This document shows positions 26,729 through 38,294 of a stretch of 64,000 bases of DNA, in pieces. The notes beneath the pieces were generated by a model. It had not been told where the DNA came from. It saw only the letters and a list, made by a program, of their open reading frames with translations, and searched no databases. Within the stretch, counting starts at the first letter, position 1, and each line of letters begins with the position of its first letter. The stretch lies in assembly GCF_964355755.1 (NCBI RefSeq), contig NC_092678.1, positions 17,279,881 through 17,343,880 of the forward strand, given 5' to 3'. A program made the position numbers and the translations under genes. The stretch is from Antedon mediterranea (taxonomy: Eukaryota; Animalia; Echinodermata).

Positions 26729-27330
26729 TAATGCACTTGTCAATTGTATGACCCACTATACGACCTCCGGGCGAGGTGTGTCATTTGTCCAAAGTATGCA
26801 CCCGTGTGTAAAAAATATGTATTACCTTTAGGTGACCATGACGCACTGTGACCATGTTGTTTATTATATGGTGGGTGGTAATTGACATTGACATTGACAC
26901 ACCATTGTTCATTGATATGATGTACCATCTAGGTTTTTTGATGCACCCTTGTGTCAATAATTATTTGTAAATGACGCACTTCTCCTGGGGGTCGTATAGT
27001 GGGTCATTTTGACAATGACAAATGTGCATAATTTAAAGCCTATATCACTTGTCAATTGTATGACCCACTCTATGACCCCCCCCCCCCCCCACACACACAT
27101 TTGTCTGATGTGCGTCATTTAACATATTAAGAACATTACCTTGTTGGTTATAATATAGTGGGTGAGTGGTAGAGTGACATACATTGAAAATACCATTGTT
27201 TATTGATGTAACCTACCATTTAAGTTTTTTGTTGCACCCCTGCGTCAATAATTATTTGTAAATGATGCACCCATGACGCACCTCTCCCGGGAGTCGTATT
27301 GTGAGTCATTCAATTGAAAAGGTGCATTAC
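26729..27330. mobile_element. Two adjacent copies of a ~300-bp MITE with terminal inverted repeats
   Basis: cacttgtcaattgtatgacccactatacgacc..ggtcgtatagtgggtcat at 26729-27030, repeated at 27044-27330. Confidence 0.65.
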
Positions 27331-27438
27331 ACAAAATGTAATGTTCGTAATTATGGTATATTGTAGGTGCACGCCTACTAAAAGCATTTAGTATTAATAA
27401 ATGTTAGTTTATATTTCAATTTTATACAATTTTTTTAA

Positions 27439-28025
27439 AGACCCCTTCCCTGCAATTTTGGACGTTTTTTGGAAAATAATACATACATATCACTTTAAAA
27501 ACATTAAACCATGTCATTCCTTGTCTTAAATGTACGTTTTATGGTAAATTATGATAAAAAGTGAGAAACAATGCACTACCTAAGTAGCTCGCGGCGATCG
27601 ACCTCTCGTGGACGGTCTTAGGCCTAGCCTAGCTAGACTTAGTTTTGTACGCTAGCTATATACATAGCCTGACGTTGTATAGTTGCTGCATTAATTGTCT
27701 TTCTATTTTTGCCAGACTCCGTTGATACAAATTGGGGAAAACCCGGTATTTTTGCTGAAAAGTTAGGAGTCTTCCATTTGTTTTGGCTTCACGATCGATC
27801 GAAAAGTGGGCGAATTACAGGTGAAAAACAAAAATATCAATCCGCGCGCAATGCATTTTGGGATTTATAGCGGGCCGCTATAATTATAAGAATCGATTTA
27901 TTTTTCACATTTTTAACCGTTTAAAGACGAAAAAAGTTATCGCAATAGGACCATATAGTATTATTTTTACATTAAATATAGTTTGTGATCTTAAATTAGA
28001 TCTAAAAAACGTAGGGAATGGGGCT
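27439..28025. mobile_element. Kolobok-type MITE, family 1
   Basis: TTAA flanks, AG..CT termini, imperfect TIR AGACCCCTTCCCTGC / AGCCCCATTCCCTAC. Four copies in the window. Confidence 0.75.
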
Positions 28026-29499
28026 TTAAACAACTAACATTAGAAGTTATCAATTACACCAGTCACCGGTGTGATGTGCCCAAATATGGTAGTGATATGC
28101 CCAAATATGATAGTGATATGGCCAAATATGGTAGTGATATGTCCAAATATGGTAGTGATATGACATCATCATGTCCATATATGGGCAACATTACATTTAA
28201 TTACATAAACTTATTGCTATGTGTAATAATAAATAAGAAATAAGTGGCTTTTGTTATTTTGAATCTTTATTTTTACGTTATTTTATATTTTTTGTTGTTG
28301 TAGGATGCATGCATGTAAGAACTTATCAGATTTTGTAAATCCACAGTGCGTGGTTTTGTTACATTTTTTGGAATAAAGTTACCTATATACATATATATGT
28401 GTAATAATACATCATTGATGGATGGACGTTTGAGATGATGTACAGTGAACCATTCCAATGTTGTGTTGTAACATAAGTGATCATGTTCGTTGTGTGTGTT
28501 TAAATGCTGGTTTACATACTGTCTGTTAATTTATAATTACCAACTTTGTCCTAAGCTCTGTCTACACTAGATGTGGCAAAAAATATGATGCGCCCAAATA
28601 AGGTATTCCCAAATGTGGTAGTGATATGACATCATCGTATCCATATATTATGGGCACATCACACTTTTTTTGTCACATAAAGTTTGAACTTTATAATCTA
28701 ATTTCATTATTAGGGATGTACATATGATTTCAGAACCATCGCGAGATTAAGGATATCAATGCATGCACTAATTTCATAGTAACCCTAACCCTTATTGTAA
28801 TCGAAGCATGAGGCAGTATTAAAGCATTTCTTCTTAAAAGCAAAAGTTTATTAAAACGTAGTTATGAACCAGCTCGATTTGTGTGGCATTTCAAAGTGAT
28901 TTTTAATGAAACATGCATTTTGTACAAAAAATAAAAAAATACAATGGCGCGGTGGTGTTGTTATCATCTATGGCCGCCACAAAAGTTTACATGCGAATCC
29001 GACCAGCCCTCTTTCTTGCACACGCTTGTTGAAACAAAAATGAAGAAAAAATCTAAAAGTGCCAAATTTGTCTAGACGCTACAGGCGGTTCTAGAATTCC
29101 CTGTCCTTCCCCATTAAAAAAAATGTTACGCATTTCAAATCTCTCAGACTCTATGACCCCATTTACACTTACGATTTGAACTGGCCCTGGGTCGGCAATC
29201 GATAAGTGTAAAAACTTCATAAAGTTAGGCCAGCCCTGGGCCGGATGCAGACCTGGACCACCTCTCGAGGTGGGTCCAGTAGCGGCTTTTATGTTTGGGC
29301 TGGCTTATGCAGTGAACCGTGACCAATGGCTTTAGAAAATGTAAATTAATCCTCAGGTTTTGCGAACACAAGTGTAAACACGCTAAGAACAGGCTTGAAA
29401 AACTTGTACCCGATCCTGGAGCGTCACAGGACTCAATCATAATGTGAAATAGGGTCTATTTATGTTAAATTACAAATTAATTATTTTATGTGTTTTTAG

Positions 29500-29609
29500 T
29501 TACCATCAGATCAAGTTCTTGCGTCTATTGATCGTGCAATGGAGTTCCTTCATATAGCAGCAACCAATAAGAATGGGGTTTACACACCTGAACAAAGAAA
29601 AAGCTTACA
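29500..29609 (+). CDS. NCKIPSD: NCKIPSD exon 2 (LPSDQVLASIDRAMEFLHIAATNKNGVYTPEQRKSLQ)
   Basis: Matches the family motif VL..IDRA.E..H..A...G.Y..EQR..LQ. Phase 0 to 2, ag/gt sites. Confidence 0.88.
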
Positions 29610-30134
29610 GTTAAGTGTGTTAAGTTAACCAAGGCAATCCTAACAGTAGGATGCTGAGCTCTGGAGATCAAAGGGTTTATCTGTGGCTGCGACACAATCA
29701 GTTCCACACGTCTTAACAGACACAGCGCGCCGCAGACAATGTACATTGTACAGTATTGTTGGTATTTGTCGCAGCCAGACATAAGATCAAAGTTCCTATG
29801 TTGGCAAGGCAAGCTCAGTGTCCTGTTGTTAGATTGCCTTAGTTAGTAATAAGAATAATAATAATGTTCAATTTATATAGCGCAAATTGCAGGGCGCCTC
29901 TACTAACCGCTGAACAATCAACAGAAAATGTGAAAAGCACTTATTAATTAATAAGTTAATTAATTATCCACACAGAGCAGTAACTATCATGTTGAACCAG
30001 TTACTGTTTCTGGATTGAATCAGGTCAGGGGTCATCAACAGTTTTCCATTGTAGGCCTATATTTAATTTACAAATAATCTTGCCAGCCACTTTTAGCAAA
30101 CCGAGTGTCTTAGTGCTGCACTCGTCCATACTTA

Positions 30135-30272
30135 AGCTCTGTCTACACTATCAAACTAATTTGACAAAAAAAGTGTGATTTGCCCAAATATGGTAGTAAT
30201 ATGACATCATCATGTCCATATTGGCACATCACATTTGTTTGTCGCATAAAGTTTGATAGTGTTGACAGAGCT
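30135..30272. mobile_element. Harbinger/Tourist-like MITE
   Basis: TIR AGCTCTGTCTACACTATCAAAC. Relatives at about 28070-28210 (with a 20-bp internal tandem repeat), 28554-28686 and 33901-34045. Confidence 0.65.
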
Positions 30273-30847
30273 TTGGTTGAATCTCTTTCAATGAAAATGT
30301 TGCTCCTTATTCAACATTAGCATAATATTTCTATGTTAGTAATTAGTATACTTCATTATTACTTTTGTTAGTGTAACTTAGTAACCTATGTATACTTTAC
30401 AAACTTGCATACATGCCAACATCTGAATTAAAAAAATCGGGAAGTGGTGTTTTTTTTAGGTCAACAGCACCCGCTATCTATTATCGAGAGGTAAGGAGTG
30501 CAGTGTGTAACGTCACAAACAGTATTGCGTGGTGGCTATGTGAGGGGAATCCCCTTTCCGTTGTGAAGAAAATAAAAAATGATGACCGCAGATGGTCATA
30601 CAATGGTTTAAATATCATAAATTTGCTTGTGTAAGCCTTTTTGTTATATTTTTACACAGAAAACCACACAAATACATCAAAATTCAGTTATCTTTGTAAC
30701 CCAGAGAAAATGTGGAAAACCGGGAGCACAATATTAGGCCGGAAGACAAGTCTAAAATACGGGAGTCTCCCGTCCAAAACGGTAGTGTTGGCATGTACGA
30801 AGTTGTATGCAGAAGGGCCTTACTAATCAATTTTAATCTTTTTGTAG

Positions 30848-31439
30848 GAAGCTTGTTGAACATCGTCAAACCATCATGCGTGAACAGCTAGGTGAAAATG
30901 TACCTCAACCAAAGAGAGTAGCACCAGCAGCGCCCCCTAGCCAACTATCATCCTCTCAACAAACTCGAAACTCATTTACAAAAGACAACACGCCTCCGAC
31001 GTCACCACAAAACTCACCTGTCAAACGAGCATCTAGTACTAAATCAATTAAAACGCCCTCACCTCCAGCGCAACAAGTGCAATCTGTAATCCCCGTTCCA
31101 CCTCCAGACTCAACGTCGCAATCGTCAACATCGCAGCCTGTTGATGCTTCCACGAGTCCTATGCCATCGCCCGTACGAAAATACCGAGCACCATTATCAC
31201 CACGTGAACTTGCAAAGTCACCAACCATGGAGTCGTTGATTAGTCCAACACACAGAGCGCGCTCAGACAGTGCAATAGCTTCAAATCTTGGTCCTGAATT
31301 AGTTGAAATAGTGCGAGTTAACACAAACCTCAGTTTTAATAAATCAAAAGTGGCTGTTGCCATGGTGTTGAATCATGTTAAAGATTCCGTGCCAAGTGTT
31401 GCCATGGTAATGGAGAATATTATAAAAACATTGAATACA
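30848..31439 (+). CDS. NCKIPSD: NCKIPSD exon 3, Pro/Ser-rich region and start of the helical domain
   Basis: KLVEHRQ..PxxP-rich..LGPELVEIVRVNTNLSFNKSKVAV. Phase 2 to 0, gtaagt donor. Confidence 0.9.
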
Positions 31440-31535
31440 GTAAGTTAATCAAAATGTTTATTTTTCAATTATATCAGTTATATTTACTTATTGTTATATT
31501 TATTTACATAATTAATTTTGAGGGTAATGTCAGTA

Positions 31536-31705
31536 CAGTCAACTCTCCTAATACCGGACACCTTTGGGCTGGCCAAATATGTCTGGTTTTCCGGAAATTC
31601 TGGTATTCGGAATGTGTTTTTATTGGTAAAAATAAATTTTGGACCTTTTGAACTTCAAGAAAAATCTGGTATTGGAAGAGTTTCTGGTGTTCAGAGAGTC
31701 GACTT
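31536..31705. mobile_element. Tc1/pogo-like MITE (degenerate)
   Basis: TA-CAGTCAACTCTC..GAGAGTCGACTT-TA termini. Confidence 0.5.
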
Positions 31706-32135
31706 TATATAGATTTTCTTTCTCCTATCAAACTACTGTAAACATCCCGAGTCACTGTTTAAAGATCAACCTCATAATAATAATAGCATATGATTGCTTG
31801 CAAAGCTAAATTATCAACTGTTGTATATTAATAATATTAATATATCATATTTCCCAAGAGAGTTCCTATTTGTACAGTTAGTTAGTTTACAAAAACAGTT
31901 ATTTCTCAAACAATATTTGATGAATGTCCTCATAATAATATTCTACATCCAACAATATTTTGCTTAGTGGTATGAATTACAGTATATTGGCATACTGTAT
32001 CAAAAAATCATACCAAGTATACAAATTACCATGTTAATTATGATACCATAGATGATCTAAGAGGCACGCTGTTCAGCCCTCTTATCCCTAAAGATAGAAT
32101 GAAATGCAAAAGATAAAGGTTCAGCACTTTATTAA

Positions 32136-32563
32136 AGGACAACTTGACCGAGGAGCATTTTTTAACAACGTATTAGGGATGTACATATGATTTCAGAACC
32201 ATCGCGAGATTAAGGATATCGATGCATGCAGTTGCCGTACAGCCGTCACCGTAATTTTCTGTGATGTCACAGGTGCATCGCAAAATTTACGTCATGTGTT
32301 TTCTGGCAAAGTCTGGCAAATCGAGAATATTTCTAGTAAACACACTTCGTCAATAAACCATAAGAATCGTTGTTTTTATTGTTTCTTTTGCGTATCTGGA
32401 CTCATTTAGTAAATTTTTCGATGCACCTGTGACGTCACAGTAGTTTACGACGACGGCTGTACGGCGAGCGCATGCGGCGATATCCTTAATCTCGCGATTG
32501 TTCTGAAATCATATGTACATCCCTAATACGTTGTGAAAATATGGTCCTCAGTCATGTTGTCCT
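32136..32563. mobile_element. Palindromic Kolobok-type MITE, family 2
   Basis: TTAA flanks, AGGACAAC..GTTGTCCT termini and long internal inverted arms. Fragment also at about 28706-28765. Confidence 0.8.
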
Positions 32564-32642
32564 TTAACAATTTTTAGGCCCTTTAGAAACCTCTTTAAAG
32601 AAACTATACATTAGCAATGATTCGTTTCCATCTATTACGTAG

Positions 32643-32801
32643 TCAGGGGTATCTGTTGGAGGTGGACGGGATGAAGAGCGCCTCCAGGTGATTTTTTCTG
32701 AGCTGACAAGTTGTAAGGATGATGCGCAACAGAGAAGCTGGGCACTTCACGAGGATGAGTCTATCATTACGGAGTATTTAGAAGAACTTCTTTCAATATT
32801 G
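32643..32801 (+). CDS. NCKIPSD: NCKIPSD exon 4 (..[29 protein letters not shown])
   Basis: Diagnostic [14 protein letters not shown] motif; 159 bp, phase 0-0. Confidence 0.95.
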
Positions 32802-33287
32802 GTAAATAAATTATTTTTAAGGCCACCAAAACTAAAGATATAATAGAATACAGCCCAGTACAGCCAACCTTCTTGTACCGGCCTAGTAACGTTGCTACTA
32901 TAGCTGTTAGCCACCAACGTTACCTACATTAGGTTTTTTTTTTCCGGTATAAAAAGACTCAAAATACAACTCATAGTTGAAATGAAGAGCTTACATAGGA
33001 AAATGATAATTAACATAAAACCAAGTTTAACGTAGAAAAAACACATTAAGGCCTATGATACAGTAATGAACGGTTTAATTTATTTAAACTTAAATTTACT
33101 ATAAAAATTGCACGAAGATCAACAGATAACATTAATTATTACAAATTCTTATATATTTACAAATGTTGGGCTTGATTGGTTAATTATATTAAAACTTAAA
33201 AGTCATTAAAAAATAATTACTTGTAAATAGTGGCATAACAGCTATGATGAATGCTCACTGGCTAAACTCAGGAACCCCAGAGTTTAA

Positions 33288-33675
33288 AGACACCTTCCTT
33301 ACAATTTGTGACGTTTTGTAAAAATAATGCATATATTTTACTTTAAAAACATTAAACCAGGTCATTCCTTGTCTTAAATGTACGTTTTATGGTAAATTAT
33401 GATAACAAGTGAGAAACAATGCACTACCTAAGTAGCTCACGGCGAATGACCTCTTGTGCACAGTCTTTAGGCCTATAGCCTAGCTAGGCTTTGTTTTGTA
33501 GGCCTAGCTGGTAAACATCGGTAACGTACGAACATTGTACGCTAGCTATACCTATTCACATTTTTAACCATTTAAAGACGAAAAAAGTTATCGCAATAGG
33601 ACTAATAGTATTATTTTTACATTAAATATAGTTTATGATCTTAAATTGAATCTAAAAAATATAGGGCAGGTGTCT
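33288..33675. mobile_element. Kolobok-type MITE family 1, internally deleted copy
   Basis: TTAA flanks, AGACACCT..AGGTGTCT termini, homologous to 27439-28025. Confidence 0.75.
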
Positions 33676-34071
33676 TTAAGGCGCTCCAGAGCAGGAGAAG
33701 TCCAATGCAACTACCAGAGTTCTTCGCCACCTGCATTAGGCCACTGCTTGTAAGGGATATCAAAGATCAACCGAGTTGTTAAAATGAATTTCTGACCTTT
33801 TGTTTCAATTGGTTATAAATTCATTTGGTTGATACTTTCTTTGTTTTAATTATTTTGTTGTTCATTCATTAATTTAATCCATTTATTTTAAACTATCTAA
33901 AGCTCTGTCGACACTATCAAACTGTATGTGATTGTGACAAAAAATGTGATGTGCCCATATATAGACATGATGATGTCATATCACTTCCATATTTGGGAAT
34001 ATTACTGCTATATTTGGGCACATCACACTTTTCTAAATCTAAACTGGAAGTATTCTTTAATGTCCTGACAG

Positions 34072-34158
34072 AATGATGCTGATAAATGTGTTAGTGTGGG
34101 AGTTATCCGACAAGAGGAATTTGAGCCGCTATCAACTCTTGTACAATACTATCAAATG
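34072..34158 (+). CDS. NCKIPSD: NCKIPSD exon 5 (NDADKCVSVGVIRQEEFEPLSTLVQYYQM)
   Basis: 87 bp, phase 0-0, family motif EFE....LV.YYQM. Confidence 0.92.
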
Positions 34159-34234
34159 GTAAGCAGAATATCAATTTGTTAAACTGTATGAATCAGTGTT
34201 ATAATCATAGTCATTGATTTGTGTCACTTAGCAG

Positions 34235-34320
34235 CCATGTCCATACTGTGTTGAAGCACCGGTTCTCGGCAGATTACTAAAGTTAAACAACGTTGGACCC
34301 GTTTGTGTACTGGATGGGAG
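34235..34320 (+). pseudogene. 5S rRNA-derived fragment (pseudogene or SINE3 head)
   Basis: ccatactgtgttgaagcaccggttctcggcagattactaaagttaaacaacg..tactggatggg resembles the 5' part of metazoan 5S rRNA; diverged and truncated. Confidence 0.65.
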
Positions 34321-34380
34321 GAAATGATAATAAATAATTTTTTAAGTTTTTACGAAAAGTTGAGAGAGAGGAAGAGTTAA

Positions 34381-37215
34381 AGATGTATTGTCCCCCTGAA
34401 CAAAAAAAAAAATTTTTTTAAAGGCCATTTTAATGATACATAAAAGTTATTCACTTTGAAAAAAAATTGGATAAAAAAAAAAATTATTTACCTTAGAAAA
34501 TCGTAATTTAAAGTAAAAAATAGTCAACCGGAAGTCTGTTGGCTGGCAGCCAGCTGGCTTCCGGTTTAATTTAACCCTTGACCTGAATTAGCTTATGAAT
34601 TATGCATATTGTATGATTCTTGTGCGTGTATGTGACCTCTAGGTCATCAGAAAAAAAATACGACGTGATATGGCGAGACGACAATGTGGGAAAGTTCTGT
34701 AGTTTAACAACAAAAAAAACAACTCCTACTTGAAGAAAAGACTATGGCTAGGCCCTAGCAGATTGGTAAGTAAGAACTGTAGTTTCTATGGTGCAGTTTT
34801 GTTAGTTAGTATAGGAAGCCTAGCTAGCCCATTACAGCTGTACTGGCTATCTAGTGTACTATCCCCTATCTATTGGCTAGGCCTAGAGTAGTAGCACTAG
34901 GCCTAGTTGTAGGCCTGAGTGAGGGTTCACCCTGAGTGAGTAGCAGGCCTAGCTAATACTAATAGATACAACTTGTAAGCCTTATTAATAGTTATTGCCA
35001 ACCTAGCTTTAAATAGGATTAGGCCTATAACATTCATCTGTGAGCATGGAGTAAGGAATAAGGTTTTAGCATGGAGGTATAAAAATAAAATATTTTATAC
35101 CTCCATGGTTTTATTGTGACTTGTGTGAATTTCGACACCACCAACTCGTCTTATTTTTAGTATAATACTATAATATTAATAATAGTCTTTAATTTATCAT
35201 TATTCATATCACTTTTCATTCATTTTAAAACATTTAATTTTCTTTTCTATGTAGAGTTTGTGATTAAAAAAAATTATACATAAGAGCAGCAAAACTCAAA
35301 AAGCGAAAACTTGTGAATGGCTGCCAAAAATAGAAAATAAGGTCACCACCAGGGCCAGGAGAGATTATGGTGCTTGGTTTTTCCTTCATGATTAATTAGA
35401 TTTTAATGCTAATATAAATTTGTGAAAATTGTAACTAGGCCTCCTATACTGTACATCCAATAATGTAATTATTTTAGAGAAAATGACCAAATAATCTAAG
35501 TTAAATATTTTTCGGAATGTGTACTTTACAGTACTTAGTACCGTTATGTTGAAAATTCTTCCAAAGCAATAACGTTCAAACCAACATTCACACAATTAAA
35601 CTTTTTATGTACATATTTTAATAAATAATGTCTTTCTTTTAATAGGTATTAACACACTTGAATGAACAATATGAGCAAGTAGTGGAAAATGGTGAAGAAA
35701 TCAAAACAAAATGTGGTAGCAACATTCACAATATTTATTTGAACGTTTCGTACTATGACACTTTAAAATGGATGAACAATCACAGAAGACAAGCTATTGC
35801 TGTAATGCCACAATCAACACATCAATTAATAGTTGAAAATAAATTGTCAACAATAATGCTAAAATTCAATGAAATATACTAGTAATTAACTCATTTTTTA
35901 CTGTACTGTACTGTAAATCTTCACACATTAAAATTATGGTGATTTTATCTCATGTACTGTAGTAGTATTTTTTATTTATTTAATGCTGTATACAAATGTT
36001 ATTGCTCGAATTATGAAAACTATACAACATTTTAAAAGCTGGAAAACAACCAACACATTTGCCTAATGCTTTATGATAGTCATCCAATATTTATCTTGTG
36101 TTCCACTACCGAGTCTACTGCCAGTTGCCTTTAAAATGTTGTATTGGTGTACCTTCTGTTCCAGTCTTCATTAGCTTAAGTCTATAAATTGAAAAACAAT
36201 GATATATAAATACAAAAGTCAAATACAAAAGTCAAATAGAAAAGTTAAATATTTCACAATGTATTGCATACATATAATTATTATTTCTGTACATGAATCT
36301 GAAGTTTTCAATTTGGGGTACTAATGTACATTAAGGAATCCCTGAAAAGTGCATCTCCTCCCTAAAAAAGGCCTAGTCTAATTACTAGTGTTTTCGTTTT
36401 GGTTGCTATCAACAACAATCTATTCTATCGTCAACTTCTTTGGTACTGTAAATGTTCGTTTTTTGTCATCAGTTAGTCTTTTTTTAGACTTTAAAATTAA
36501 TTCGAGCTCCAAATGTATATCAGTGGTAGTACATCAACATAGTAGGCCTATTTCCTGTAGCTAGTTGTGGAGTGATGGCTTAGCTAGGTGAGTACGATAT
36601 ATAGAACCTAGCTAGGCCTCAAAGTGGGTTCCCGTCTACTTTTCTGACCCGATTATCTGCCTGCCTCCAGCTGCTGCTACACTACACTACACAGTAGTAA
36701 ACTACAGTACTAACTAGGCCTAGGCCCTACTAGATAGTAGAAGTAGGCTTATATTATAGGCCTAGATAGCTAAGCCTATAACTATACGCCAAAAATTATA
36801 TATTATAGGAGGATGTGTCATTCATCTAAATAGAATTCTACTTACCAGAAAATTAACGGCAGAGCTTTTTACATCATACGATCATATCAGGGAAACCCCA
36901 GCACTTTCTTCTGTTCTTCGCACATGTTTGTTTAGTTTTTACGTGGTGAACAGATCGGATCTCCCCTGTTTGGATACTCATTAACATATCATGCATATTT
37001 ATGAGCTGTTAGCTAACCATCGTTATTTTGGAATTTCTGAACTTATGAGTTCGAAAAAATGGTAAACTTATTTTGATTTTTTATAAGCGAAATCAATATT
37101 TTTTTCGGATTTTTTTTCGGCGAAAGTGAATAACTTTATTATAACTACAAAATGGTCTATTCAAAATTTGATTTTTTTCATCTTTATTTTTCATGTTTTG
37201 GGGGACAATACAACT
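34381..37215. mobile_element. 2.8-kb non-autonomous Kolobok-type DNA transposon
   Basis: TTAA flanks, TIR AG(A/T)TGTATTGTCCCCC and longer imperfect subterminal inverted similarity. No intact transposase. Confidence 0.75.
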
Positions 37216-38294
37216 TTAACAATACTAGTATCTAATTGATTCCATATTAAAAGTCCAGAAACATAAATAAAGTGGGAAGAACTAGTTAATCTTACAAAAG
37301 GAATAGTTAACTGAAACTGATCAACTAAAAAATAATGTTTTTTTAGTATGATAATCATGTTAAAGTATTTAATTTAAAGGTTTCTCCAAGTATAACAATG
37401 ATACAATTTCTTTTTTTTTAAAGTATAATATATTTACTAGTGACCTAAACATAACGTTCTTGGAATATTCATTCTATTCTTTTATCTGAAATAATTTCTA
37501 GACAATTCAATTTTTATTTTGTTCTTGACCAGCACCTATTATCCATAATTGTCTCCCTTTGCCCAGGAGTATAAATGGCTACTAACATTCAGGATGTTGG
37601 TTTTATTTATTTGTATCTTTACATGATAGTTATTCCTTAGAGAAGAAATTAATTGTTTTATAATGTAATGTTTTGTTGAATGCAGGAAGTTAATACTATT
37701 ATAATAAGTTGGTGTACTCACTGTTCTGTACTTGTGTCTGGTTTTGAGTACATAGTTTTAAAGATAAGAATTACTATATTGGTAATGTTTTATTTTCGGT
37801 TGCGATAAAATCAACTTCTGGTACTTTAAAGGAGCGCTACTATCTATACTGTTCTGTACTTGTGTCTGATTTTGAGTTGTATATATAATAGTTTAAAGAT
37901 AAGGATTACCATATTGGCTATGTTTTATTTTCGGTTGCAATAAAATCAACTTCTTGTATTTAAAAGGAGCGCTACTATCTATACTGTTCTGTACTTGTGT
38001 CTAATTTTGAGACGTATATATAATAGTTTAAAGCCCCATTCCCTACGTTTTTTAGATCTAATTTAAGATCACAAACTATATTTAATGTAAAAATAATACT
38101 ATATGGTCCTATTGCGATAACTTTTTTCGTCTTTAAACGGTTAAAAATGTGAAAAATAAATCGATTTTAATAATTATAGCGGCCCGCTATAAATCCCAAA
38201 ATGCATTGCGCGCGGATTGATATTGTTGTTTTTCACCTGTAATTCGCCCACTTTTCGATCGATCGTGAAGCCAAAACAAATGGAAGACTCCTAA

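Noticed and set aside
30956-31363. Antisense ORFs here and within the LINE and Academ ORFs
   Set aside because: They are shadows of real coding frames on the opposite strand.
34235-34320. Functional 5S rRNA gene
   Set aside because: Diverged, 3'-truncated and solitary.
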